DNA of 63,019 nucleotides, from the NCBI GenBank assembly GCA_002409145.1, contig DHUL01000036.1:14671-77689 (forward strand), in the 5' to 3' direction. The notes under the pieces were generated by a model that did not search any database, was not told the origin of the DNA, and saw nothing but the letters and a program-made list of their open reading frames with translations. Shown here piece after piece: positions 10,277 to 18,933 of this stretch (positions within the stretch are counted from its first letter, which is position 1; each line of letters begins with the position of its first letter). Both the position numbers and the translations under genes were made by a program. This DNA comes from Bacteroidales bacterium UBA5235. GTDB lineage: Bacteria > Bacteroidota > Bacteroidia > Bacteroidales > VadinHA17.

Positions 10277-10324
10277 GTCTGAGGGTCTGAAAGTCTTGCG
10301 GTCTTGCGGTCTTGCGGTCTGTGA
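10277..10324. repeat. Tandem octamer array: GTCTTGCG x3 flanked by three degenerate GTCTnnnn units
   Basis: Direct reading: gtctgagg gtctgaaa gtcttgcg gtcttgcg gtcttgcg gtctgtga. It begins 3 nt after the response-regulator TGA. Confidence 0.9.
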
Positions 10325-10330
10325 AGGAAA

Positions 10331-10365
10331 ATCGCAAATCTCAAATCTCAATTCTCAAATCGAAA
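10331..10365. repeat. Tandem heptamer array ATC(G/T)CAA x5 (degenerate reverse complement of the 6502 array)
   Basis: Direct reading: atcgcaa atctcaa atctcaa ttctcaa atcgaaa. It ends 1 nt before the cdd stop codon on the opposite strand. Confidence 0.9.
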
Positions 10366-10366
10366 G

Positions 10367-10852
10367 TTACCTGCCAAGGTTTCTCCCGGTGAAACTGAGG
10401 GGCATCAGGGCCTGGCAGTTTTCAAGGACATAAATGGCAGATTTACCTGCCAGTATGACCTTTATCGGACCACCGCTCCTCTGTTCTTCTTCGATCAGCA
10501 TCTGCCTGCAGTTACCGCAGGGCGGCACCGGTTCCTCGGTCAGCGAGCCATCTGCCAGGGCGGCGATTGCTATCGCCAAAATTTTCTTATCACTGAAGTT
10601 GGCAACCGAATATGACAGCGCGGTTTTCTCGGCGCAGCTTCCTGAGGGGTAAGCAGCATTTTCCACATTGGCACCTTTTACAATCTCCCCGTTGTCAAGC
10701 AGTAAAGCTGCTCCCACCATGAACAGTGAATAGGGTGCATATGCTCCCGATGCTGCCCTTACGGCCTCTCCAACCAGTGCCTTTTCCATTGCCGGCAACT
10801 CATCCTCGCTGCTGTATTCAAGGAAAGAGATGATTGATTCTCTCTTTTTCAT
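10367..10852 (-). CDS. cdd: Cytidine deaminase
   Basis: The ORF is open to 11068, but the family match starts at the ATG at 10852 (MKKRES...). It has zinc-ligand motifs CAEKTAL and PCGNCRQ. Confidence 0.85.
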   Translation of the reverse strand: MKKRESIISFLEYSSEDELPAMEKALVGEAVRAASGAYAPYSLFMVGAALLLDNGEIVKGANVENAAYPSGSCAEKTALSYSVANFSDKKILAIAIAALADGSLTEEPVPPCGNCRQMLIEEEQRSGGPIKVILAGKSAIYVLENCQALMPLSFTGRNLGR

Positions 10853-10939
10853 AGACAATAACAGTGATTTACAGTGCCATAAAAGTAATAATATTTTAAC
10901 CGCCGGTAGCATGATTTGTCGGGGCTGCCGACATTTTCT

Positions 10940-10947
10940 TATTTTTG
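10940..10947 (+). promoter_or_regulatory. Candidate Bacteroidota -7 promoter box (TATTTTTG)
   Basis: Matches the TAnnTTTG consensus, 15 nt upstream of the ATG at 10962. Confidence 0.3.
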
Positions 10948-10961
10948 CCAAAAGGCTTCGG

Positions 10962-12059
10962 ATGAAAAACCTGTTTTTATATTTAATCCTTCTGTCTGTT
11001 CTGCTGTTTACTTCCTGCAGCCCGGCGAGAAAGGCAGCCAGGAGTACCCCCTCCCCAGGTCCGGCCACGGATTATGCCAGGGAATATATCATCAAATACG
11101 GCAATTTGGCAGTAAGTGAGATGAAACGATCCGGTATTCCTGCAAGCATTACCCTGGCTCAGGGCATGCTGGAGTCGAACTACGGGCGCAGCCGGCTGGC
11201 CACACAGGCCAACAACCATTTTGGCATCAAGTGTCACAGTGACTGGTCAGGGGGAAGGATATACCATGATGACAACCGCAGGAACGAGTGTTTCAGGTCA
11301 TACAATTCCCCCGAGGAGTCATACAGGGATCATTCCGACTTCCTGGTGAATGGTTCGCGCTACAGTGACCTTTTCAGTCTGAAGGCCACTGACTACAAAG
11401 GTTGGGCACACGGACTCAAAAAAGCTGGTTATGCCACCGACCCAAAATATCCTGACCTGCTTATACGCAAGATCGAAGAATACGGCCTGTGGGCTTATGA
11501 TTCAGGAAGTGCCTCACCAATTGTTTCACAGCTGTCATCCGGCTCACCACTGGTGAGAAGTGATACGGCGCCGGCGCCCGCTGTGTCAACACCCGCAAAG
11601 ACTACTGTAACACCTCAGCCGGCAGTAAAAGGGTCTGGTACACAGGTGCAGCAGGTGTCTGATAAACAGGCGAGTGTCAGGGATGAAGAAGAGCCTGTCA
11701 AGGTGATCAGCATCACTACGGGTGAGAAAACGCTAGAGAACAACGGTGTGGAATACATCATTATCGGGGAAGGTGATACCTATGAATCGCTTGCTGAGCG
11801 GCATCAGCTTCTTATGTGGGAGATATCCCGCTACAATGAACTTACGGCGGGTGCACCTCTGGTTCCAGGACAGGTTCTGTATCTGCAGCCTAAGCGTGCC
11901 AGGGCGGCGCAGGGACTGTCGGTTCATACAGCAGAGGCAGGTGAGACCATGTACAGCATCTCACAGAGATATGCCGTTAAGCTTTCATCGCTGTATAAGA
12001 TGAACCTGATGGATGAGGGTACTGAATGCCGCCCGGGGCAGAAAATCAGGTTAAGGTAG
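10962..12059 (+). CDS. Lipoprotein peptidoglycan hydrolase: glucosaminidase (FlgJ-like) domain plus two LysM domains
   Basis: Start chosen at MKNLFLYLILLSVLLFTSC (lipobox). Glucosaminidase motif ITLAQGMLESNYGRSRLATQANNHFGIK, a P/S/A-rich linker, and two LysM-like repeats (YIIIGEGDTYESLAERH..., HTAEAGETMYSISQRY...). Confidence 0.8.
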   Translation: MKNLFLYLILLSVLLFTSCSPARKAARSTPSPGPATDYAREYIIKYGNLAVSEMKRSGIPASITLAQGMLESNYGRSRLATQANNHFGIKCHSDWSGGRIYHDDNRRNECFRSYNSPEESYRDHSDFLVNGSRYSDLFSLKATDYKGWAHGLKKAGYATDPKYPDLLIRKIEEYGLWAYDSGSASPIVSQLSSGSPLVRSDTAPAPAVSTPAKTTVTPQPAVKGSGTQVQQVSDKQASVRDEEEPVKVISITTGEKTLENNGVEYIIIGEGDTYESLAERHQLLMWEISRYNELTAGAPLVPGQVLYLQPKRARAAQGLSVHTAEAGETMYSISQRYAVKLSSLYKMNLMDEGTECRPGQKIRLR

Positions 12060-12065
12060 CAGAGG

Positions 12066-13025
12066 TCAGTCCATTTCCCATTCTGACGGATCAAAACCTC
12101 GAAGGAACTCAGCTGCACTCATTTTCTTTCGTCCTTCGGGGAGAAGGGAAAGTATCTCGATGGTGCCCTGACCGCAGGCGACAAGGAACCTTGATTTCTC
12201 CTTCACGATTATCGTTCCGGGTATGGTGCCGGTGAAATCATTACTTATGGCGCTGCCCAGTATTTTCAGTCTGAAACCTTCGCTTTCCTTCCTTAGCATG
12301 GTTGTTGCACCCGGGTAGGGAGAAAGGCCTCTGATGAGGTTATGAATCTTCTCTGCCTTCTCTTCCCATCTGATTACCGTGTCAGCAGGAAATATCTTTG
12401 GCGCCGGTTTCAGTTGTATGTGACGGATCTTTTGCTGGGGCACCGGTAAAAGAGTGCCGGCACATAATCCCCTGGCAGTCTCAACCACAAGGGAAGCGCC
12501 TATCTCCATCAGACGGTCATGCAAGCTGCCTGCGGTGTCGTCTGGAGATATTTCTGTCTCCTGTGAGAGCAGGATCTTTCCTGTATCTATCTCTTTGTCA
12601 ATGAGGAATGTGGTAACGCCTGTCCTGGTTTCGCCATTAATGATGGCATGGTTTACAGGTGCTGCACCCCTGTACTGCGGAAGCAGTGATGCATGCAGGT
12701 TAAACGTCCCGAGCGGTGGCATGCTCCAGACTGTCTCGGGAAGCATCCGGAAGGCCACCACCACAAACAGATCAGCATTTAGGTCCCTGAGAGCGGAGAT
12801 GAATGCCGTGTCACGCAGTTTCTCAGGTTGCAGGAGTGCAAGCTGATTTTTCAGTGCGTACTCTTTAACAGGGCTGAAGGTAATCTTGCGGCCACGGCCG
12901 GCTTGCCTGTCAGGAACAGTTACCACCGCAACGATATTAAAATCCGTTTCATGCAGGGCTTTCAGGCTCGCAACGGCAAATTCCGGCGTCCCCATGAATA
13001 CTATGCGCAGTGGTGACTCAGTCAT
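12066..13025 (-). CDS. fmt: Methionyl-tRNA formyltransferase
   Basis: [13 protein letters not shown]-terminus, [21 protein letters not shown] motif, 319 aa. Confidence 0.93.
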   Translation of the reverse strand: MTESPLRIVFMGTPEFAVASLKALHETDFNIVAVVTVPDRQAGRGRKITFSPVKEYALKNQLALLQPEKLRDTAFISALRDLNADLFVVVAFRMLPETVWSMPPLGTFNLHASLLPQYRGAAPVNHAIINGETRTGVTTFLIDKEIDTGKILLSQETEISPDDTAGSLHDRLMEIGASLVVETARGLCAGTLLPVPQQKIRHIQLKPAPKIFPADTVIRWEEKAEKIHNLIRGLSPYPGATTMLRKESEGFRLKILGSAISNDFTGTIPGTIIVKEKSRFLVACGQGTIEILSLLPEGRKKMSAAEFLRGFDPSEWEMD

Positions 13026-14262
13026 TTTCGCCTTTTGTTGGCGTCTTGTAGCAGGTGATGCTGTGACCCATCTTGGTGGCCTTTGTCTCGAGGTAAAACG
13101 AGTTGTATTGGTTGGGAGGAATGATCAGGGGTATGGTCTCCACGATAGAGATACCGTATCCTTCGAGTCCTGCCCTCTTAACCGGGTTGTTCGAGATAAG
13201 CCTTACCTTTCCGAGCCCTATGCCCCTCATAATGTTGGCTCCGATACCGTAGTCGCGCTCATCTTCGCGGAAACCCAGTTCAATATTTGCCTCCACGGTG
13301 TCACGCCCCTGCTCCTGCAACTTGTAGGTCCGGATTTTGTTAATCAGGCCGATACCTCTTCCTTCCTGGCTGAGATAAATAATTGCCCCTTTTCCTTCGG
13401 CTTCGACCATCTGCATTGCCTTGTGAAGTTGTGGTCCGCAGTCACACCTCTTCGATGCAAATATGTCACCGGTGAAGCAAGAGGAATGTACGCGTACCAG
13501 GACAGGTTCATCCTTGGTCCACTGCCCCTTTACCAGGGCAGCATGCTCAAGGCCGTTACTGACCTGCCTGAAGGGAATGAAGTCGAAATCGCCATACTCG
13601 GTGGGCAGCTTGACCTGCTCTCCCATCTCCACTATTGATTCAATTCCAAGGCGGTAACGTATGAGGTCCCTGATTGATATTATCTTGATCCCTAATTTTT
13701 CGGAGAGCCTGATCAGGTCAGGCAGGCGAGCCATGGTTCCATCCTCGTTCATTATCTCCACCAGTGCACCCCCCGGATTCAGTCCTGCGAGTCTGGTCAG
13801 GTCAACGGCTGCCTCTGTATGCCCTGCCCTTCGGAGAACGCCTTTTGTGCGGGCTTTAAGGGGGAAGATGTGCCCTGGTCTTCCCAATTGGTAAGGCTTT
13901 GTTGAAGGATCTACCAGTGCCTTGATAGTAAGAGCCCTGTCTCTGGCCGATATTCCGGTAGTTGTCTCAGGACTCAGAAGATCAACTGACACTGTGAACG
14001 GAGTTTCGTGAAGAGAAGTGTTGTGACCCACCATCATGTTGAGTTCAAGTTCTTCACATCTCTCTTCAGGGAGGGGTACGCAGATCAGTCCGCGACCGTG
14101 CGTTGCCATGAAATTTACAATTTCCGGTGTGATCAGTTCAGCTGCACAGATGAAATCGCCTTCGTTCTCCCTGTCTTCATCATCCACGACAATAACCACC
14201 CGGCCTTCCCTGATCTCCCCGATGGCTTCATTGATTGTATTCAGCTTTGTCTTATCAGTCAT
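13018..14262 (-). CDS. ribBA: Bifunctional 3,4-dihydroxy-2-butanone-4-phosphate synthase / GTP cyclohydrolase II
   Basis: RibB half ([27 protein letters not shown]) and RibA half ([13 protein letters not shown]...CDCG, EGRGIGL). The ATG at 14262 is preferred over the TTG at 14301. 8-nt overlap with fmt. Confidence 0.93.
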   Translation of the reverse strand: MTDKTKLNTINEAIGEIREGRVVIVVDDEDRENEGDFICAAELITPEIVNFMATHGRGLICVPLPEERCEELELNMMVGHNTSLHETPFTVSVDLLSPETTTGISARDRALTIKALVDPSTKPYQLGRPGHIFPLKARTKGVLRRAGHTEAAVDLTRLAGLNPGGALVEIMNEDGTMARLPDLIRLSEKLGIKIISIRDLIRYRLGIESIVEMGEQVKLPTEYGDFDFIPFRQVSNGLEHAALVKGQWTKDEPVLVRVHSSCFTGDIFASKRCDCGPQLHKAMQMVEAEGKGAIIYLSQEGRGIGLINKIRTYKLQEQGRDTVEANIELGFREDERDYGIGANIMRGIGLGKVRLISNNPVKRAGLEGYGISIVETIPLIIPPNQYNSFYLETKATKMGHSITCYKTPTKGEND

Positions 14263-14263
14263 T

Positions 14264-15430
14264 TTAAACACGTTTGGTGGGTTCCCATATCCCGTTTTCA
14301 ATCCCTCTTATTGCCTTCACAAACCCTGCTGCCAGCGCTGCATTCATCAACAGGAACTGGGTCACATAACGCTGAAAAAGTAATTTTTTCCCCTTCCTGT
14401 CAAGCGCGAGGTCAAGCGCTGACAAAATTATGAAAATCAGCTGAACTGCTGTCAGACAAAAATAGAAATCAGACCGGCCTGAAAGAATGACCGTTGTCAT
14501 GAAAAACAGCATCAGCAGGAGGGGGGTTAACCATCTCATTATCTTATGGGAAAGAAAAGCAAAAACAACACCGGGTCTTCTTGAGAAACTTAGTCCGAAC
14601 CGGAACAGGTTCTGGAATGATCCGGCAGCAATCCTGGTCCGCCTTCGGAATTGCTCAATCATGTCAGGCTGGGTATCTTCATAGACTACTGCATCCGGAT
14701 TGTTGAACGCCCTGTAGTTCTCTTTCAGAACTGACAAACCCACATAAAGGTCGTCAACCAGGATATTATCAGGAAGCCGTGGAAAGAGTTCCCTGCGCAC
14801 TGCATAACAACCGCCGTATGGCCCGGGCATGGCTCCCCAGAGAACTCCTTCGGCTCTCTTAAGGATTGTTTCATAGCGGCTGTACATGATCTCCTGCCTC
14901 ATTATTCCGGTATCAGCAGAGGACAGAGGACAGACAGTGGTATCACATAATCCGGTAGTAGGATCGGCGAATCCCTCTGCCAGCTTTCTGACAACTGAAG
15001 GGGTAAACATCACATTGGCATCAGTTATGATCAGGATTTCTCCTGTTGCCTTTGATGCAAGTTCATTGAGCATGGCTGCTTTTCCACTTCTTTCAGCGTT
15101 AATGATGAGTTGAATTTGCGGATTTGCGTTCGCATGAGCGCTGACAACAGCACCGGTTCCATCGGTAGAGCCGTCTGAACCAATGATGAAGTTCAGCTTA
15201 TCACCCGGATAATCCGAGGCCAGCATGCTGCTTATCTTTCTCCCGGCTACTTCTTTCTCATTATGCAGAGACATCACCACGGTGACCGAGGGCAGTGATC
15301 CGGTTACTTCAGGATCGGACATATACCGCCTCTTTTTCAGGTTTGCTGCCAGGATGACTGCTGCCGGATAGACAAGATAGGTCCATGCCAGCAATGCAAT
15401 TGTGATTGCCAGTATCGTTTCAGCTGCCAT
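14264..15430 (-). CDS. Family 2 glycosyltransferase, membrane-integrated (processive-type architecture)
   Basis: N-terminal TM segment, GT-A core ([25 protein letters not shown]) and C-terminal TM helices. The stop lies 1 nt from the ribBA start. Confidence 0.8.
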   Translation of the reverse strand: MAAETILAITIALLAWTYLVYPAAVILAANLKKRRYMSDPEVTGSLPSVTVVMSLHNEKEVAGRKISSMLASDYPGDKLNFIIGSDGSTDGTGAVVSAHANANPQIQLIINAERSGKAAMLNELASKATGEILIITDANVMFTPSVVRKLAEGFADPTTGLCDTTVCPLSSADTGIMRQEIMYSRYETILKRAEGVLWGAMPGPYGGCYAVRRELFPRLPDNILVDDLYVGLSVLKENYRAFNNPDAVVYEDTQPDMIEQFRRRTRIAAGSFQNLFRFGLSFSRRPGVVFAFLSHKIMRWLTPLLLMLFFMTTVILSGRSDFYFCLTAVQLIFIILSALDLALDRKGKKLLFQRYVTQFLLMNAALAAGFVKAIRGIENGIWEPTKRV

Positions 15431-16631
15431 GTTTCAGTTTCTTGTAGAATTCAATCAACCGTGCCGTTATTGTGCTGTTATGATATCTCTCCTTCACAAG
15501 GCTGACAGCTGCCCTCCCCGTTAAAGTTCTTAGTTCAGGTTCTTCCAGCAGTCTGATAATGGCGGTGCTGAATGACGCCGGGTTTGAGGCCACCATTAGT
15601 TCCCGGCCGTTTTCGACCGGCAGTCCGGCTACTGCTACAGGGGTGGCAACCACCGGCCTGCCTGTACTCATAGCCTCAATGATCTTTATCCGGATGCCGC
15701 TTCCGGCGAAGAGCGGGGCTATCATTACATGGTTTGCAGCCATGAATTTCCGGGCGTCATCCGGTTCCCCTTCATTGAATATGTTTAATCCGGAGGGCAG
15801 GGTTGCACCCTGACGAAGGCCTCTTCCGGCAACATGGAGGGTTGCTGCCGGGATCTTTAATGTGACTTCGGGCCATACTTCGGAAATGAACCATTTTAAC
15901 CCGTCTGTATTGGGTTGCCAGTTCATCGCCCCGATGAATCCGACCTTTGGGTTCTCCGGCGGAGGCTCCGGGAGCATCAGAGCCTCGTCTGCCCCGGTCT
16001 CTGACAGGAACACCAGCTTGTCTCCGGCTATTGATCTGAACCAGGAGGCGTCAGTCTCGCTGATTGGCACCACAGCGTCAAACTGCCTGGCCGCCTCAGT
16101 TTCCAGTTCCAGCAGCCTCCGTGAGAGGACAGACAGGTAATATTTACGGAACAGATTTGAGTCATTGACGGACATCATTGCCCTGATCCTGTGTTCAAGG
16201 TTATGAGCCCTGAGGACTACAGGAGCAGTGGTAATGCTTCTGATCTCATCAAGGTAGAGTGCAAATGGCAATCCCTCACAGTGTATAAGATCGAAGTGTT
16301 TTCCTGTGAGCAGTGTACGAAGCATTTCGGAGTATTCCGCAGACCTGAATCGTGTGAGGTCATACGGCTCACCGGAGAAGAGCAGGTTCAGGATCATGGG
16401 GAGGAGCCTGATCTTTGTATCTGCCCGAACAGTGAGGTAATCATTTACATATTCAGGCTTAACGCCGGAGACGGCCATTCCGGAGTCGAGGTGTTTTTCT
16501 GTTATCATCGAAAGCACCGTCACATCTGCTCCGGCAGCGGTCAAGCCGCTGATGCAGCGGGCTGATGCCACTGTTGCACCATCATGTACGGGCCACAGAG
16601 GCCTAGGCGTCAGTACCAGTACCTTCATCAT
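15420..16631 (-). CDS. Family 4 (GT-B) glycosyltransferase
   Basis: 403 aa with a C-terminal GT1/GT4 signature region (APLFAGSGIRIKIIEAMSTGRPVVAT). Overlaps the GT2 start by 11 nt. Confidence 0.8.
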   Translation of the reverse strand: MMKVLVLTPRPLWPVHDGATVASARCISGLTAAGADVTVLSMITEKHLDSGMAVSGVKPEYVNDYLTVRADTKIRLLPMILNLLFSGEPYDLTRFRSAEYSEMLRTLLTGKHFDLIHCEGLPFALYLDEIRSITTAPVVLRAHNLEHRIRAMMSVNDSNLFRKYYLSVLSRRLLELETEAARQFDAVVPISETDASWFRSIAGDKLVFLSETGADEALMLPEPPPENPKVGFIGAMNWQPNTDGLKWFISEVWPEVTLKIPAATLHVAGRGLRQGATLPSGLNIFNEGEPDDARKFMAANHVMIAPLFAGSGIRIKIIEAMSTGRPVVATPVAVAGLPVENGRELMVASNPASFSTAIIRLLEEPELRTLTGRAAVSLVKERYHNSTITARLIEFYKKLKHGS

Positions 16632-18102
16632 CCTTGTCGGGCTTAATGCCGGTAAGGAAGGTTCCTATCTTCCTGAAGAAGAGGATATATGTCTCGGCAT
16701 TCATTACGGCTGCGTCAGTGGTGGCCTTATAGGTCAGGAACGCACCTATCGGGAGGAGGATAATGGTGGAGGCAAGCATACCCAAGGGTATGCTTATTAT
16801 CAATTCCTTGGCGAACTTCTCGCCGGAGAGGGTGATCACATAGTATATCACGAAGAAGAGCACAGAGATCACAGCCGGGGTTCCGAGTCCGCCCTTCCGG
16901 ATAATTGCTCCAAGCGGTGCCCCGATAAAAAAGAAGACCAGACAGGCAAATGGAAGGGTAAATCTTTTATACTTCTCAGCTTCGTATTTCCGGAGGTTCT
17001 TTGCTTCCGCCACGAGAGCCTCGCTCTTTTCGATCATGAATGAGGTGCCATCGCGGGCGAAGCTCAAGGCCCTGCTGATAGTGGCGCTCCTGTCATTGTA
17101 GCTCAGGGTGTCGAAGGCAGCACGCGCATTGAACTTCTGTGTATTCCATATTGCAAGGGAGTCATCCTCCTGATTAATGCCCCTGTAGGTATACTGCGAG
17201 GTGGTCATGAGCCTGGTCTGGTTGAACTCTGAGAAATAAGCGTCAGTCCTTGACCGGAACCTGGTTGAAAGCGAGTCAATGAAGAACGTGAGGTCGGCTG
17301 TATTCAGCATCGCGTAGTTGGAGCGGTAGATATCCATGCCAGACCGGTTCAGACCGAAGCCTTCCAATTCCACCACCATGGTCTGTTCTGAGAACCTGTC
17401 ACGTCTGAATGGATATTTCTTCTTCTCCTGGGGTACGTTTTTTTCCTCTATGTCCTTGTATGCATGTCCATTATAGAGTGTCAGGATGAGACCGCTCTCA
17501 TCGGCTGTCACATTCATGTAACCGGAGTCTGCATATATGACCGCGGTGTTTCCTATTCCATCCCTGTGATCGTAGATATAGATCCCGTCGAGGCGGTTTG
17601 TCTCGGGGTCCTTGTCAGTTATCTTGATGCTGAAGCCGTCGATGCCATTGTAGAAGGTTCCTGCCTGGATATTGAGTTCGGGACGCATCCTGCGGATGTC
17701 AGTCAGCAGTGTCCTCGCTTTTCGTGTTGACATGGGGAGGATGTAGTCTGCGAAGAGAAATGATCCTATTGCGAGCAGGGAGGTGAAGACAAAGAGGGGC
17801 ATCATTATCCTCTGCAAAGGAACGCCGGAAGATTTGAGAGCTGTCAGTTCAAGGAACTCGCCGAGGTTACCGAAGGTCATCAGGGAAGCAAGGAGAATTG
17901 CCAGTGGGAGTGACAGCGGAACGAAAGTAAGTGAGAACTGGAAGAGGAGTTCTCCGAGAACTTTGAGTTCCAGACCTTTTCCTGCCAGGTCATCGACATA
18001 CATCCAGAGGAACTGGAGAATGAAAATAATGAGCACAATAAAGAACGTCAGGACCAGTGGCCCGATAAACGATCTTATCATGAACAGATCGATCTTCTTC
18101 AT
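16603..18102 (-). CDS. LptF/LptG-family (YjgP/YjgQ) permease
   Basis: 499 aa starting MKKIDLFMIRSFIGPLVLTFFIVLIIFILQF, with three N-terminal TM segments, a large periplasmic insert and three C-terminal TM segments, the typical topology. Confidence 0.8.
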   Translation of the reverse strand: MKKIDLFMIRSFIGPLVLTFFIVLIIFILQFLWMYVDDLAGKGLELKVLGELLFQFSLTFVPLSLPLAILLASLMTFGNLGEFLELTALKSSGVPLQRIMMPLFVFTSLLAIGSFLFADYILPMSTRKARTLLTDIRRMRPELNIQAGTFYNGIDGFSIKITDKDPETNRLDGIYIYDHRDGIGNTAVIYADSGYMNVTADESGLILTLYNGHAYKDIEEKNVPQEKKKYPFRRDRFSEQTMVVELEGFGLNRSGMDIYRSNYAMLNTADLTFFIDSLSTRFRSRTDAYFSEFNQTRLMTTSQYTYRGINQEDDSLAIWNTQKFNARAAFDTLSYNDRSATISRALSFARDGTSFMIEKSEALVAEAKNLRKYEAEKYKRFTLPFACLVFFFIGAPLGAIIRKGGLGTPAVISVLFFVIYYVITLSGEKFAKELIISIPLGMLASTIILLPIGAFLTYKATTDAAVMNAETYILFFRKIGTFLTGIKPDKDDEGTGTDA

Positions 18103-18156
18103 TGTTACAGATGTGGTGCAAACGTACGTTATTTTTGAGAAAGATGCAAAGCTCTC

Positions 18157-18543
18157 TCACTCGGTGACGCCGAGAACTTTTTTCAGGTATGATATCTGGG
18201 TATCCCAGAGGTCGCGGGCGTCTTCGATCTCATCCTCTTCTGCATGGTCGGTGATAATAAGTGCAGTATCATTGGTGAGTTCATGGATCATAATCTTGAA
18301 TTCAAAGAAGTTTGATTCGGTGTCAGCGAAGTCCAGCCAGTCGAATCTGACGGCTTTGTTTTCCCTCGCGTATATGAGCCTGGCTCTTGCTTCTGTTTTA
18401 TCCCAATGAAAGGTAAAGATATCACCGTCGACGGTGACATTGTCAGCGAACCATTCTGAAATACCTTCAGGAGTGCTTAGTCTGTCGTAAAGAACTCTTA
18501 CGGGTGTATTTAGAGTGTATTCAATTTCAAATCTGGTTCTCAT
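18157..18543 (-). CDS. START-like / SRPBCC-fold small protein
   Basis: 128 aa. The segment LYDRLSTPEGISEWFADNVTVDGDIFTFHW resembles the Aha1/START-like family seen in Bacteroidota. Assigned from memory only. Confidence 0.5.
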   Translation of the reverse strand: MRTRFEIEYTLNTPVRVLYDRLSTPEGISEWFADNVTVDGDIFTFHWDKTEARARLIYARENKAVRFDWLDFADTESNFFEFKIMIHELTNDTALIITDHAEEDEIEDARDLWDTQISYLKKVLGVTE

Positions 18544-18620
18544 TTCCGGGAAGGACTATCATGCAATATAAAAATAATAGATGAAAAGAAAAAGTTTGTC
18601 CGGCAAAATGAAAAAATATT

Positions 18621-18628
18621 TATATTTG
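18621..18628 (+). promoter_or_regulatory. Candidate -7 promoter box (TATATTTG) upstream of the tRNA
   Basis: Matches TAnnTTTG and lies ~97 nt upstream of the mature tRNA 5' end. Confidence 0.3.
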
Positions 18629-18724
18629 CAGCCTCGAAAAACACAGGTTTCAGAGGGATAAAGACGCTCCTTTTCCGCCGACCCGCGGACCGGGAAGGTC
18701 GGAGGTTCAGTGAAATAATTAGTT

Positions 18725-18798
18725 GGCGAGATAGCTCAGATGGTTAGAGCGCATGATTCATAATCATGAGGTCGAGAGTTCAATTCTCTCTCTCGCTA
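18725..18798 (+). tRNA. tRNA with CAU anticodon (elongator tRNA-Met, or tRNA-Ile2 if lysidine-modified)
   Basis: Hand-folded cloverleaf:
- Acceptor GGCGAGA/TCTCGCT (G1-U72 wobble).
- D arm GCTC-AGATGGTTA-GAGC.
- Anticodon arm CATGA-TTCATAA-TCATG, with CAT at 18759-18761.
- Variable loop AGGTC.
- T arm GAGAG-TTCAATT-CTCTC.
- Discriminator A.
There is no encoded CCA. It is not an initiator tRNA, because the anticodon stem lacks the GGG/CCC pairs. Confidence 0.9.
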
Positions 18799-18810
18799 CA
18801 CAGAAAATCA

Positions 18811-18852
18811 ACCACTTCCATTATAAAAGATGGAGGTGGTTTTTGTTTTTTG
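18811..18852 (+). terminator. Rho-independent terminator after the tRNA
   Basis: Stem CCACTTCCAT/ATGGAGGTGG (one G-U pair) with an 8-nt loop, then TTTTTGTTTTTT. Confidence 0.7.
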
Positions 18853-18933
18853 CCGGGTTTTAGCCAGTATATCATGGCCTGCAGATAGTAAAACTTACCT
18901 TGCCTCTTATTTCTTATCCGTTATCCGGTACTC

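Noticed and set aside
10830-10961. Longer start for the glucosaminidase/LysM gene, and longer start (to 11068) for cdd, which would make the two genes overlap head-to-head by >200 nt
   Set aside because: Both extensions lack family-like sequence. The internal ATGs give a lipoprotein signal peptide and a canonical cytidine deaminase N-terminus respectively, and they leave a normal 109-nt divergent promoter region.
12886-13638. 250-aa ORF antisense to fmt and ribBA
   Set aside because: It is a shadow ORF spanning the junction of two strongly supported genes. It shows no family resemblance and has an unusual composition.
18660-18724. SRP (4.5S) RNA-like element upstream of the tRNA (GACCGGGAAGGTCGGA vaguely like GUCCGGAAGGAAGCAG)
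   Set aside because: It is too short, and it lacks the conserved AGCA/GGAA symmetric-loop motifs and the long helix-8 pairing.
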